Positions 17,016 through 24,978 of a DNA stretch of 46,969 bases are shown here, piece after piece (positions within the stretch are counted from its first letter, which is position 1; every line of letters begins with the position of its first letter). The DNA is from Candidatus Tectimicrobiota bacterium. Its GTDB lineage: Bacteria; JACPSX01. The notes under the pieces were generated by a model, which worked only from the letters and a program-made list of their open reading frames with translations, made no database searches and was not told where the DNA came from. The position numbers were made by a program, and so were the translations under genes. The stretch is taken from assembly GCA_016193065.1 (NCBI GenBank), contig JACPSX010000094.1, forward strand, positions 1-46,969, read 5' to 3'.

Positions 17016-17044
17016 TTGATTTCGCGATCTTCCTGGAATAGATT
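17016..17044 (+). promoter_or_regulatory. Sigma70-like promoter for the HTH antitoxin/PIN cassette
   Basis: TTGATT at 17016-17021, a 17-nt spacer, then TAGATT at 17039-17044. Confidence 0.4.
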
Positions 17045-17069
17045 TCAAACAATGAGGGAGGTTGCACCC

Positions 17070-17462
17070 ATGGGGAAGGTTCTATCGGTAGAAGAAGTGG
17101 CCGAGTACCTGGGGCTGGCGAAGGACACGGTTTACCGCAAGACAAAAGCGGGTGAAATTCCCGGGGTGAGGATTGGAGGGAGCTGGCGATTTCCCCAAGA
17201 CGTGATTGATGAGTGGTTGCGGGCAAAGGCGGCTGGAACGGAGGGGGCGAACAGAGCCAAGCTGCAATCCGACAGGAAGAGGCAAGGAGCAGGAGGTCAG
17301 GGGGCGGAAAAGCTTCCTTCCGAGGAGCTCAGCCGTCGCCGCAGACTGCTCAAAAGGATCGCAAAAACGCGGGAAGCGTTTACGCAGCTTCCAATTACTG
17401 CCCAGGAGGCCTATAGAGCATCTCGCCGGGAGCTTGAGCGGAGATCCGCGAGGTGGAAATAG
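17070..17462 (+). CDS. Excisionase/MerR-like HTH (HTH_17) DNA-binding protein, antitoxin-type
   Basis: ATG 17070 with GAGGGAGG RBS. MGKVLSVEEVAEYLGLAKDTVYRKTKAGEIPGVRIGGSWRFPQDVIDEWL, then a long basic tail. A PIN N-terminus follows with a GTG...TAG overlap. Confidence 0.7.
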   Translation: MGKVLSVEEVAEYLGLAKDTVYRKTKAGEIPGVRIGGSWRFPQDVIDEWLRAKAAGTEGANRAKLQSDRKRQGAGGQGAEKLPSEELSRRRRLLKRIAKTREAFTQLPITAQEAYRASRRELERRSARWK

Positions 17463-17548
17463 TCGGGTCTCGGCTTGTTGTTGATGCGAGCGTTTGCCTC
17501 AAGTGGTATCTTCTCCTCAGTAGACCAGGCGCAGATCGACTCCTCTGA
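17453..17548 (+). pseudogene. Truncated PIN-domain (VapC-like) toxin remnant, first ~20 residues only
   Basis: A GTG at 17453 overlaps the antitoxin stop. (M)EIVGSRLVVDASVCLKWYLL, then LSRPGADRLL*. The PIN N-terminal signature hhhDASVxLKW is present; the rest is missing, 10 nt before the isomerase gene end. Confidence 0.55.
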
Positions 17549-17558
17549 GCACTTATGC

Positions 17559-18287
17559 TCAGGACCCCAGGGTCTCAAGCAGCTTCCCGTAGCCCGTGAT
17601 CTTCTCGCGGATCCCCAGGGTCTTTAGACCCCACCAGGCCATAGATTGGATGCTGGAGATGGCGCAGGCGCCGGTGTCTTCCTCGATGGCCTTCAAGTTT
17701 CCCACCACGGCCCAGCGGCCGCAGGGGAGGTAGATCCCCTCAATACCGGGCGCGGCGCGGAATGCCTCCAGCGCGAGCTTGTAGGAGGCGTGGAAGGGGA
17801 TGCGGGTGAGGTCCACGTTCTTCACGACCCCGAGGCTTTTCACGACCGGCACCTCGAAACCGTTGCCCTCCAGGAATTTCTTCGTGACCAGGTTGCGCTC
17901 CTCGGTGTAGGGGCTGGCGATAGCGATGCGCTTGGCCCCCACGGCGCGCAGCCCGTCCATGGCGGTCGTGATGGAGGTGCTGGCGGGCTTCCCGGTGAGC
18001 TCGCGGATCTCGGCGATGATCTTCTGGTCGCCGCCTACTCCCTTCATGGTGATGATGGGGTCGCCCCCCGAGATGATCACGCCCGCGTCCTCTTCGGCGA
18101 GTTTCTTGGCGCCCTCGATCATGATGCCCGCGGCTCTCTCGAACTCGGAGGCCACCAGTTGCTGCACGTTGAGGGTTAGGGTCACGGTGATGACCCCCTT
18201 GGGCAAGATCTGGTCGAACTCATAGGCACCCGTGTCGTAGATGGCGGGGCACACGTGACCGATTTTTCCGCGCCAGCCGTAGTACAT
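17559..18287 (-). CDS. Asp/Glu racemase superfamily protein (maleate isomerase/arylmalonate decarboxylase-like, COG3473-type)
   Basis: 242 aa: MYYGWRGKIGHVCPAIYD..., RIAIASPYTEERNLVTKKFLEGNGFEV, GIYLPCGRW. Confidence 0.7.
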   Translation of the reverse strand: MYYGWRGKIGHVCPAIYDTGAYEFDQILPKGVITVTLTLNVQQLVASEFERAAGIMIEGAKKLAEEDAGVIISGGDPIITMKGVGGDQKIIAEIRELTGKPASTSITTAMDGLRAVGAKRIAIASPYTEERNLVTKKFLEGNGFEVPVVKSLGVVKNVDLTRIPFHASYKLALEAFRAAPGIEGIYLPCGRWAVVGNLKAIEEDTGACAISSIQSMAWWGLKTLGIREKITGYGKLLETLGS

Positions 18288-18321
18288 GAAGATCCTCCTT
18301 TTCGTAAGTTGAAGATGGGCT

Positions 18322-18852
18322 GTTCACCCCCACCCTTGCCCTTCCCCTTCAAGGGCATAAGCGCTAACTTAGAGTTTCTTCCCTATCATTCCCCCTTTTT
18401 CAAAGGGGGGTGAGGGGGGATTTCTGCGCTAAATACTCATCACGACACGTGTCTTTTGTAACCTGATCGCTTTGTACATGCTGAGACCCATCCACTTCGA
18501 CCACCCATTTTGCCCCTGGCGCGTATAAATCCACAAGGTATTCACCGCTTGGTTTCTGCCGATAAAACTGGATGCCTGGAAGCTGTTTATTTCGCCAACG
18601 TGACCACAGAGCGCTTTCGCTGTCTGTCAAATTCTTGCGCACCTCCCGCGCTTTATCTTTGAGGTTCGAATTGTACCTCAACATCTCTCGATCCTCTCAA
18701 AATCCCCCCTGCCCCCCCTTTTTCAAAGGGGAGTTATGTTAGCGCTTATGCCCTTCAAGGGGGAGGGATTTTTAATTTTCCTTTTCTCCGCGCAGCGGGA
18801 GGGATACGAATTGTTCCCTCCTCTGTCCAGGGAGAGGGGTTTTAAGTTTCCA
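18322..18852. repeat. REP-like palindrome whose loop carries a 415-bp unit with nested terminal inverted repeats and a DUF559 gene
   Basis: The host element ttcacccccacccttgccct(t)cccc ... ggggagggattttt.. matches the uninterrupted copy at 18946-19036. The outer IR is 18344-18368 against 18738-18762 (24/25). The inner IR is 18391-18423 against 18699-18731 (about 27/33). Confidence 0.75.
18400..18684 (-). CDS. DUF559 (Vsr/endonuclease-like) domain protein, C-terminally truncated by the repeat
   Basis: 94 aa: LRKNLTDSESALWSRWRNKQLPGIQFYRQKP.GEYLVDLYAPGAKWVVEVDGSQH...RDEYL. The last residues QKSPLTPL* are encoded by the inverted repeat. The usual C-terminal ..VLRF.N..V segment is absent. Confidence 0.7.
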   Translation of the reverse strand: MLRYNSNLKDKAREVRKNLTDSESALWSRWRNKQLPGIQFYRQKPSGEYLVDLYAPGAKWVVEVDGSQHVQSDQVTKDTCRDEYLAQKSPLTPL

Positions 18853-18874
18853 TCCAGCAATGTGCTGAATGAAT

Positions 18875-18907
18875 CCGTTCGTGGTTCGACAAGATCACCA
18901 CGAACGG
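18875..18907. repeat. Canonical copy of the CCGTTCGTG hairpin repeat
   Basis: ccgttcgtggt-tcgacaagatc-accacgaacgg: a perfect 11-bp stem with an 11-nt loop. Confidence 0.85.
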
Positions 18908-18945
18908 AAGATGGTCCATAGGTTCACGTCTTTGACGATGTGGTG

Positions 18946-19036
18946 TTCACCCCCACCCTTGCCCTCCCCGCACCCAGAGGGTACCCGGGGGGAGGGGTTT
19001 AAGTTTTCTTTTTCCCTCCGCAAGGGGAAGGGATTC
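18946..19036. repeat. REP-like element (uninterrupted reference copy)
   Basis: ttcacccccacccttgccctccccgcacccagagggtacccggggggaggggtttaagttttctttttccctccgcaaggggaagggattcttc. Confidence 0.8.
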
Positions 19037-19037
19037 T

Positions 19038-20045
19038 TCAGTTGTAGAGACTTTGGATATAGCCGCTGTCTTCCAGTTCCTTCACAAACTTGGGTTCGAT
19101 GAAGCGGGCGGGGTCCGCCTGCCGCGCCTTGGGGTCGCGCTCTCCCAGGTTCTCCAAGATGGGGCGGATCGCCGCCACGCTGGGGACAGGTACCCGAGGC
19201 ACGTACTTCTGCGCGTACACCTCGTAGGCGTACTGGGCCTGCTCCGTGTCCGTAAGCCGGGCGTATTTCTTGATCACCTCGACGCTGAACGGGCGGTTGC
19301 GCTTGAAGGTGGCGATCCCTTCCACGTGAGCCTTGATGAATCTGCGCACGGCTTCGGCCTGCTTTTCCACGTAAGAGCGGGAGGCCGCCACCCCGTTGTA
19401 GCAGAACTCGAGCCCCGTGTCTCCCAGGTCGATGAGCTCCGTGAGACCCAGCTTGCGGGCCTGGTAGGCCTGCAGGTCCGTGACGATGCCGCTCTCGATG
19501 CTCCCCTTGGCGAGGGCCGCGAAGGTTTCCGGCGTGCCCCCGAGCTGGAGGAGCGAGACGTCCCGCTCGGGCTTGAGCCCCCACTTTTCCAGAATGAAGC
19601 GGGCAGCAAAGTCGGCCAGGGAGCCGAAGCGAGTGATGCCCATTCGTTTCCCTTTCAGCCCTTCGGGTCCCTTGATCTGAGCAGAGGCGACCACGCGGAA
19701 GGCGAGGGCGTTCACGGTGCAGGTGAGCATGACCTGATCGGCGCCGGCCAGGGTGGCCTGGACCACCGACGGCCCGCCCGTGATGGCCAGGTCCAGATCC
19801 CCCGAGATCATGGCCTGGGCCACCGTGGTGCCGCTGCGGATAAAGATCAGTTGCCCATTGAGTCCGTTCGTCTCGAAGTGCCCGGCTTCCTTGGCGACCC
19901 AGAAGGCGGATTGGGGTCCTCCGGCGGCGCTGTAGGCTACCTTGAGCGGACGCAACGACTGGGCGCGCGCGTCGGAGGCGAAAAGAGCGAACAGAACCGT
20001 GAGGAATAGGAGACATGCCGCTCCCGTGCGCCTTCGTCCGTTCAT
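19038..20045 (-). CDS. NMT1/THI5-like ABC-transporter substrate-binding protein
   Basis: 335 aa. Signal peptide MNGRRRTGAACLLFLTVLFALFASDARA, then LKVAYSAAGGPQSAFWVAKEAGHFETNGL and KGKRMGITRFGSLADF. Confidence 0.8.
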   Translation of the reverse strand: MNGRRRTGAACLLFLTVLFALFASDARAQSLRPLKVAYSAAGGPQSAFWVAKEAGHFETNGLNGQLIFIRSGTTVAQAMISGDLDLAITGGPSVVQATLAGADQVMLTCTVNALAFRVVASAQIKGPEGLKGKRMGITRFGSLADFAARFILEKWGLKPERDVSLLQLGGTPETFAALAKGSIESGIVTDLQAYQARKLGLTELIDLGDTGLEFCYNGVAASRSYVEKQAEAVRRFIKAHVEGIATFKRNRPFSVEVIKKYARLTDTEQAQYAYEVYAQKYVPRVPVPSVAAIRPILENLGERDPKARQADPARFIEPKFVKELEDSGYIQSLYN

Positions 20046-20587
20046 GGCTTTCCTCCCGTCACCTCGTCAAGGTATTTCAGGAACACGAAGTCTTCAGGCT
20101 TCGAGCCGGACGCTTTGGGACTCTTTTTAGCGATGGAATCCAGGACCAGTTTAATGCCGGCCATGGAAGGGTAGGGCTTGGGGGTCTGGAACTTGCCGGT
20201 GAACTCCCGGTAGGTTTCTTCCAGCATCTCGGGGTCATCGAGCTTCATGTATTTGGCCAGAGCGCGGAGGGCTGCTTCCCGGTTGCTCCGGTACAGCGCA
20301 TAGCCTTCCGCGTACGCTTTCAGAAAGCGCTTGCTCACCTCCGGCTCCCGCTCCAGGAAACCCCGCGTTGAAGCAAGGAGGTCCACCTGCAGGCCCTGCT
20401 TTTCAAAAAGCTTTTCCTGCTTGGTCAACCAAAGTGGAGCCGTTGTGCCGCTCACTCCTCCGTAGGCGACCAGAAACTTCCGGGTCTGGGAGTATGTGTC
20501 CTGAGAGGAGAAGACCGAGAACAGGAGAAGTGCGGCCAGAACAAACACTCTGCAAGAAAATCCATGAGACTGCTGGGTATGCTTCAT
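20042..20587 (-). pseudogene. NMT1-like binding-protein paralogue with in-frame loss of the central ~150 residues
   Basis: 181 aa. Signal peptide plus FLVAYGGVSGTTAPLWLTKQEKLFEKQGLQVDL, joined directly to a C-terminal segment (REPEVSKRFLKAYAEGYALYRSNREAALRAL..). That segment aligns with residues about 225-335 of the neighbour. ATGA overlap with 19038-20045. Confidence 0.5.
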
Positions 20588-20603
20588 TTCCTTTCCCCTC
20601 CTA

Positions 20604-22022
20604 TCACGACGGTGTTGTGCCAGTGGGGCTCGCAGCGATCGTGCTCAAGATTTCGAAGATCCCGCTCAGGCTTTCTCCCTGAGCCAGGCCAAGAGCCTTG
20701 TTCAGCAAGTGGCTTACCTGAGATGGAGGAAGCACACGGCTGGCCATTGAGTGGAATTTTTCCTCCAGTTCTTGCCTTCTCATGGGAGCGTCCGGATCCC
20801 CTTTGGGTGCATCCACACGGTGGGTTAATTCGATTCCCCCCTTCAAGTGGACGGTGACCTGAGTAGGCCGGAACTTGGGGTAGAGCGGGTCCAGTGAAGG
20901 ATCCCCCAGGAGCCGGACTTTGCGGACCAGGTCGTGCACGGCGGGATCTGCAATGCGAGAAGACGTGAGCTGCTCCAAGCCCAGCTTTCCGTCCATAAGG
21001 GTCACGGCCATAAGGAAGGGCAGGCTGAACTGGCATTCAATCGGGTTGCTGGCCGGAGAGGTCTCCAGATGACCGACAAAAGCAGCCGCCCGGGTGGTGG
21101 TTCTCACCTCCACCGCTTCGATCTCCGCGGCGTTGAGCTTGTGGCGGCGGGAAATTTCCAGAAGCGCGTCAATAGCCCCGTGAGCGTGACGGCAAACCGG
21201 GTAGGGTTTGTAGTAGACCTGGCTCGTCGTGTATTCCTCTCCCAAACCGAGGGTTACCAGCGAGAGGTCCGCTTCTCCTCCCAGGAAGCAAAAACCCGGG
21301 TCGTCGGATCCTGTGCCCTCGAGAATTGCGGGGCTGCCTCCAAATCCTCTGCCCGTAAGCAAGGCCGCTTCAACTCCTGCCCGGGCGCCATAGCCCGCGT
21401 GCAGGGGTTTGCCCGGGTGTCCTCCCCAGAGATTTGTTTTGTGTGAAAGGGGGGCCAGAAGCGCCGCCAGCCCCAGGGCTTGCGCCGTTTGTTCGGGATT
21501 GAAGCCCAGGATCTTGGCGCAAGCCGCGGCGGCTCCGAGAGCGCCCGCGGTCCCCGTGGCCAGGCAAGGATCGAGCTGACCGGGTCGGTACATGGCCCGG
21601 GCCACGCGGTTCGCAACTTCGTAGCCCACGAGGACCGCGGTGAGGAAGAGATCGCCCGTGCTGCCGGCATCTCTTGCTACCGCCAGGGCCGCGGGGATCA
21701 CGGTGCAGGAGGCGTGGATTCCGCCCGCCGAGTAACCGTCGGCAAACTCCCACAGATCCGCCATGGTGCCGTGAATGAGGGCGAAGAGAGGTGGCGGAGA
21801 CGAAGCAAAGGGAGCCGGGAGAGGCTGCCGGTTCTCCTGATACGTTTCGCTCAGAACCCGCAGGACCTTTTCTCCCTCAGGGGTCCCGACGGCTCCCAGG
21901 ACGATTCCCAGGGTATCGGCCCAGCACCAGGTAATCTTTTCCCGGATGGTCGCAGGAACGTGAGCCCACTGAAGGCCGGCACAGAACTCCGCAAGTTTTT
22001 GGGTGCAAGAATCCATTTTCAT
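20604..22022 (-). CDS. MmgE/PrpD-family protein (2-methylcitrate dehydratase-like)
   Basis: 472 aa: KLAEFCAGLQWAHVPATIREKITWCWADTLGIVLGA..., KPYPVCRHAHGAIDA. Confidence 0.8.
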   Translation of the reverse strand: MKMDSCTQKLAEFCAGLQWAHVPATIREKITWCWADTLGIVLGAVGTPEGEKVLRVLSETYQENRQPLPAPFASSPPPLFALIHGTMADLWEFADGYSAGGIHASCTVIPAALAVARDAGSTGDLFLTAVLVGYEVANRVARAMYRPGQLDPCLATGTAGALGAAAACAKILGFNPEQTAQALGLAALLAPLSHKTNLWGGHPGKPLHAGYGARAGVEAALLTGRGFGGSPAILEGTGSDDPGFCFLGGEADLSLVTLGLGEEYTTSQVYYKPYPVCRHAHGAIDALLEISRRHKLNAAEIEAVEVRTTTRAAAFVGHLETSPASNPIECQFSLPFLMAVTLMDGKLGLEQLTSSRIADPAVHDLVRKVRLLGDPSLDPLYPKFRPTQVTVHLKGGIELTHRVDAPKGDPDAPMRRQELEEKFHSMASRVLPPSQVSHLLNKALGLAQGESLSGIFEILSTIAASPTGTTPS

Positions 22023-22139
22023 TATCGAACGTCACGTGATGGGAAAACGATGATGTTATTCCTCTTGTAACAAAACTACTGAAGGAAAGACAAGCAGTAT
22101 TTCCCTGCTCTTATGCCGGCCCAGCAGAAACGCTTCGCA

Positions 22140-23567
22140 TCACGAAACGCGGGTGGAATTTCTGACTTCCGTACACCCCAGGAGTTCTGCCCAGCGAGTC
22201 TGGGGAATTTTCAGGGCAGCCTCCACAACCCTCGGGTCGAACTGTTTTCCTGCCTCCTGCCTTAGCTCCTCCAGCGCCTCGGCTAACGGGCGAGCGGACC
22301 GGTAGGGCCGGTCATGGGTCATGGCGTCCAGCGCGTCCACCATGGCGAAGATACGAGCCGTGAGCGGGATTGCCTCTGCGTGCAACCGGTTCGGGTAGCC
22401 GCTCCCGTCGTAGCGCTCGTGGTGCCCTCCCACGACGTCCAGGGCGGGCGTCAGCAGGGGGACCGTCTCCAGGATATCCACGCCCGACGCCGGATGCTGC
22501 TCGACGATCCGGCGCTCCTCGATTGTCAAGGGGCCGGGCTTCTGTAGAATCGCCTCAGGGGTCCGGATCTCGCCGATATCGTGGAGGAGTGCACCGAGTT
22601 CCAGGGCCTCCCGCTGGGTCGGGGAAATTTCCAAATGCTCCGCTACAGCAAGCGCCGCCTGCGCCACTCGCGAGAGCGACCCGGTCTCGCCCCCCCGCGC
22701 CTCCAGAGCCCGGACCAGGACGTCGGTCATGCTGCGGTGAGAGACCCGAAGGCGCTCGACCATGAGGTAAAACACGTTCCCGAGCATACCGATCTCGTCC
22801 CGGGCGGTGATATGCACCCGGGCGCTCAGGTCCCCCTCGACTACCCTGCGGGCCAGGGCCGAGATCTGCGCCAGCGGGCGGGTGATGTGCCGGGCAAGAA
22901 AGATCCCGGCGGCCAGGGCCAGCACCGCCGCAGCCAGCGAGTGAAGGTAGAGCCGGCGGCGCACCCCCGCCAGCTCCGCGAGGTAGACGTCCGCTCGGAA
23001 GTCCACATCCAGCGCCGCAACCGTATGTCCCCCCGCATTCTTGATCGGGGCAAAAGCGGTGATCCAGGTGCCGTGCTCGTTCCGGTAGATGTCCGTGTAA
23101 GCCGCAGTTCCCTCTGCCAGCACGCGATTTAGAATGGGCTGGATCTCCCGGGCCAGCCGGTACTCCTTGCCCACCGGCTCCTGCCCGTGGCTGATCACGG
23201 CGAACCGGGCCCGATCTTTTCCAACGTGTGACAGCGTATAGACAGGATCCCCCAGCCGGTTCGTCTCCTGGATCCGCAGCAGTTGCGCCCGGATCGTCTT
23301 GTAGGCCGCCGTGTCGTTCTGTCCCGCTTGCACGACCGCCTGGTGCAGGTCCCCGTTCACCAGCAAGGCGCCGGTGCGGGCGATGTTCAGGAGCAGGGAC
23401 CCGAGGGACTGGCGCAGCAACCGATCCTGGACCCGGTATTGCAGAAGGCCGCTCAGCAGGATTCCGAGGGCAGTCAGCAGCAGGAGGCTGGCGCCTAATC
23501 GCCACCCCAACCGGCGCCAGACCGGTAAGCGAATTTGCCTGGCGGTTCCCGCAGCTCGTTCCTGCAT
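22140..23567 (-). CDS. Membrane sensor protein with periplasmic domain, HAMP and HD-GYP (c-di-GMP phosphodiesterase-type) output
   Basis: ATG 23567 preferred (AGGAAAGGGGGG upstream; the NDH-2 stop ends 1 nt before it). The alternative ATG is 23588. Motifs: HAMP ITRPLAQISALARRVVEGDLS; HD-GYP HDIGEI...GGHHERYDGSGYP. Confidence 0.85.
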   Translation of the reverse strand: MQERAAGTARQIRLPVWRRLGWRLGASLLLLTALGILLSGLLQYRVQDRLLRQSLGSLLLNIARTGALLVNGDLHQAVVQAGQNDTAAYKTIRAQLLRIQETNRLGDPVYTLSHVGKDRARFAVISHGQEPVGKEYRLAREIQPILNRVLAEGTAAYTDIYRNEHGTWITAFAPIKNAGGHTVAALDVDFRADVYLAELAGVRRRLYLHSLAAAVLALAAGIFLARHITRPLAQISALARRVVEGDLSARVHITARDEIGMLGNVFYLMVERLRVSHRSMTDVLVRALEARGGETGSLSRVAQAALAVAEHLEISPTQREALELGALLHDIGEIRTPEAILQKPGPLTIEERRIVEQHPASGVDILETVPLLTPALDVVGGHHERYDGSGYPNRLHAEAIPLTARIFAMVDALDAMTHDRPYRSARPLAEALEELRQEAGKQFDPRVVEAALKIPQTRWAELLGCTEVRNSTRVS

Positions 23568-23568
23568 C

Positions 23569-24912
23569 TCAGGCCCCCCTTTCCTCATCGACTGTCAGCT
23601 CCGACACATCACGTTCGAAGAACAGCTCCACTGTCCAGTCCAGTACCACGCGGACCCGGGCTGCCAGTGTGGGCAGCTTGAGCATGTAGACTGTCTTCCA
23701 GCAGAACCAGGCGGGGAACCCGATCAGCTTGATCCCCCGCAAATCAGCCACCGCGGTCCGCCGGCTGAGGGGCACCATCTCCCCCAGTACTCGAAACCGG
23801 AAAGGCCGTCTCTCTCGGCCCGTCAACTCCGCTTCCAGTTGTCTGGCCAGCGCCCGCGCCTGGCGGATCGCTACTTGGGCCGTGGCGACATAAGATGAGT
23901 TGGTGTGCGGGTCGGTCTGGGCCGCGTTATCGCCCAGCGCGTAAACGTGGGGGGCTTCTTTGACCTCGAAGAACTCGTTGACCAGCAGTCGCCCGTCCGG
24001 CGCCTTGGGGAGGGGTAAATCGGCGACTACCGGGCTCACCCGGTTCCCGGCCGTCCAGATGACGCAGTCGCTCGGGATGACCCGTCCATCCTGCAGCACC
24101 AGCCCCTCGGGCAATACCCTGGCGGCCCGGTTCGTCTCCAGTTCGATCCCTCGCTCCAGGATCTGCTCCCGGGCGTAGGCAGCGAGGTTCGTCGCGGTCT
24201 GGGGGAGGACGGCGCTGCCGACGAGGACGAGACGGACACTGTTTCGGGCAAGGGAGGGGTAGTGGCGCAGTAAGATTGCCCGCGTCAGTTCTTCCAGAGC
24301 GGCCATCAGTTCCGTGCCCGCGTGGCCCGCCCCCACCACGACGAAGGTCAGGAGGCGCTGCCGTGCCCACGGATCTTCGGTCAGGGCGGCCGCCTCGAAT
24401 AGGTCAATCACCCGGTTGCGGATCCGCACCGCGTCGCCCACTCCCTTGAAGGGCAGGGCGTGTTCGGCCGCGCCAGGCACCATGGCCACGTTCGGGGTTG
24501 CGCCCAGGGCTAACACCAGCTTGTCGTAGTGCACGTGCTGACGCATCTGGGACCGGCGATGGCGTGCGACCACCCGGCGCCGGTGGAGGTCAACGGCTTC
24601 CACGCACATCTCGCCAAACTCGATACCCCAGGCGCCGCACAGGGGTCGGATCGGATAGAGGACATGGCGGCTCTCCACGGCTCCGGTGGCAGCCTCGGCC
24701 AGCATCGGAGTGAAGAGGAAAAAGTTCTGTTCGCTCAGGAGGGTTATGTGAACCGGCAGAACCCCGGCACAACGCTTGGCCAGTTCCATCGCGGTGGTGA
24801 CGCCGGCAAACCCGCCCCCCAGAATCAGGATGCGGGGCGCCAGCGAGGTTGACGGCCGGGCCAACACACGGCCGATGGCCAGCCCGGCCTCTTTTTGGGA
24901 CGTCATGATCAT
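23569..24912 (-). CDS. ndh: Type II NADH dehydrogenase-like FAD-dependent oxidoreductase (NDH-2 family)
   Basis: 447 aa: RILILGGGFAGVTTAMEL, FVVVGAGHAGTELMAAL, VYALGDNA. Confidence 0.8.
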   Translation of the reverse strand: MIMTSQKEAGLAIGRVLARPSTSLAPRILILGGGFAGVTTAMELAKRCAGVLPVHITLLSEQNFFLFTPMLAEAATGAVESRHVLYPIRPLCGAWGIEFGEMCVEAVDLHRRRVVARHRRSQMRQHVHYDKLVLALGATPNVAMVPGAAEHALPFKGVGDAVRIRNRVIDLFEAAALTEDPWARQRLLTFVVVGAGHAGTELMAALEELTRAILLRHYPSLARNSVRLVLVGSAVLPQTATNLAAYAREQILERGIELETNRAARVLPEGLVLQDGRVIPSDCVIWTAGNRVSPVVADLPLPKAPDGRLLVNEFFEVKEAPHVYALGDNAAQTDPHTNSSYVATAQVAIRQARALARQLEAELTGRERRPFRFRVLGEMVPLSRRTAVADLRGIKLIGFPAWFCWKTVYMLKLPTLAARVRVVLDWTVELFFERDVSELTVDEERGA

Positions 24913-24978
24913 TTCCCTATCCCTCGCATTTTCTCTCCTGTTTCCGCGCGGACCCCTGAGGTGTCCGGGGAGGCCGGC

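Noticed and set aside
14660-18300. Search for an integrase, transposase, recombinase or reverse transcriptase that could explain the flanking duplications
   Set aside because: No ORF in any frame of the island, or of the whole window, shows tyrosine or serine recombinase, DDE or RT motifs. The cassettes are therefore reported as mobility-gene-less.
18655-18675. tRNA T-arm-like GGTTCGAAT string (also ggttcgaa at 6682 and ggttcgac at 18884)
   Set aside because: These lie inside coding sequence or a hairpin repeat. No acceptor or anticodon stems can be drawn around them.
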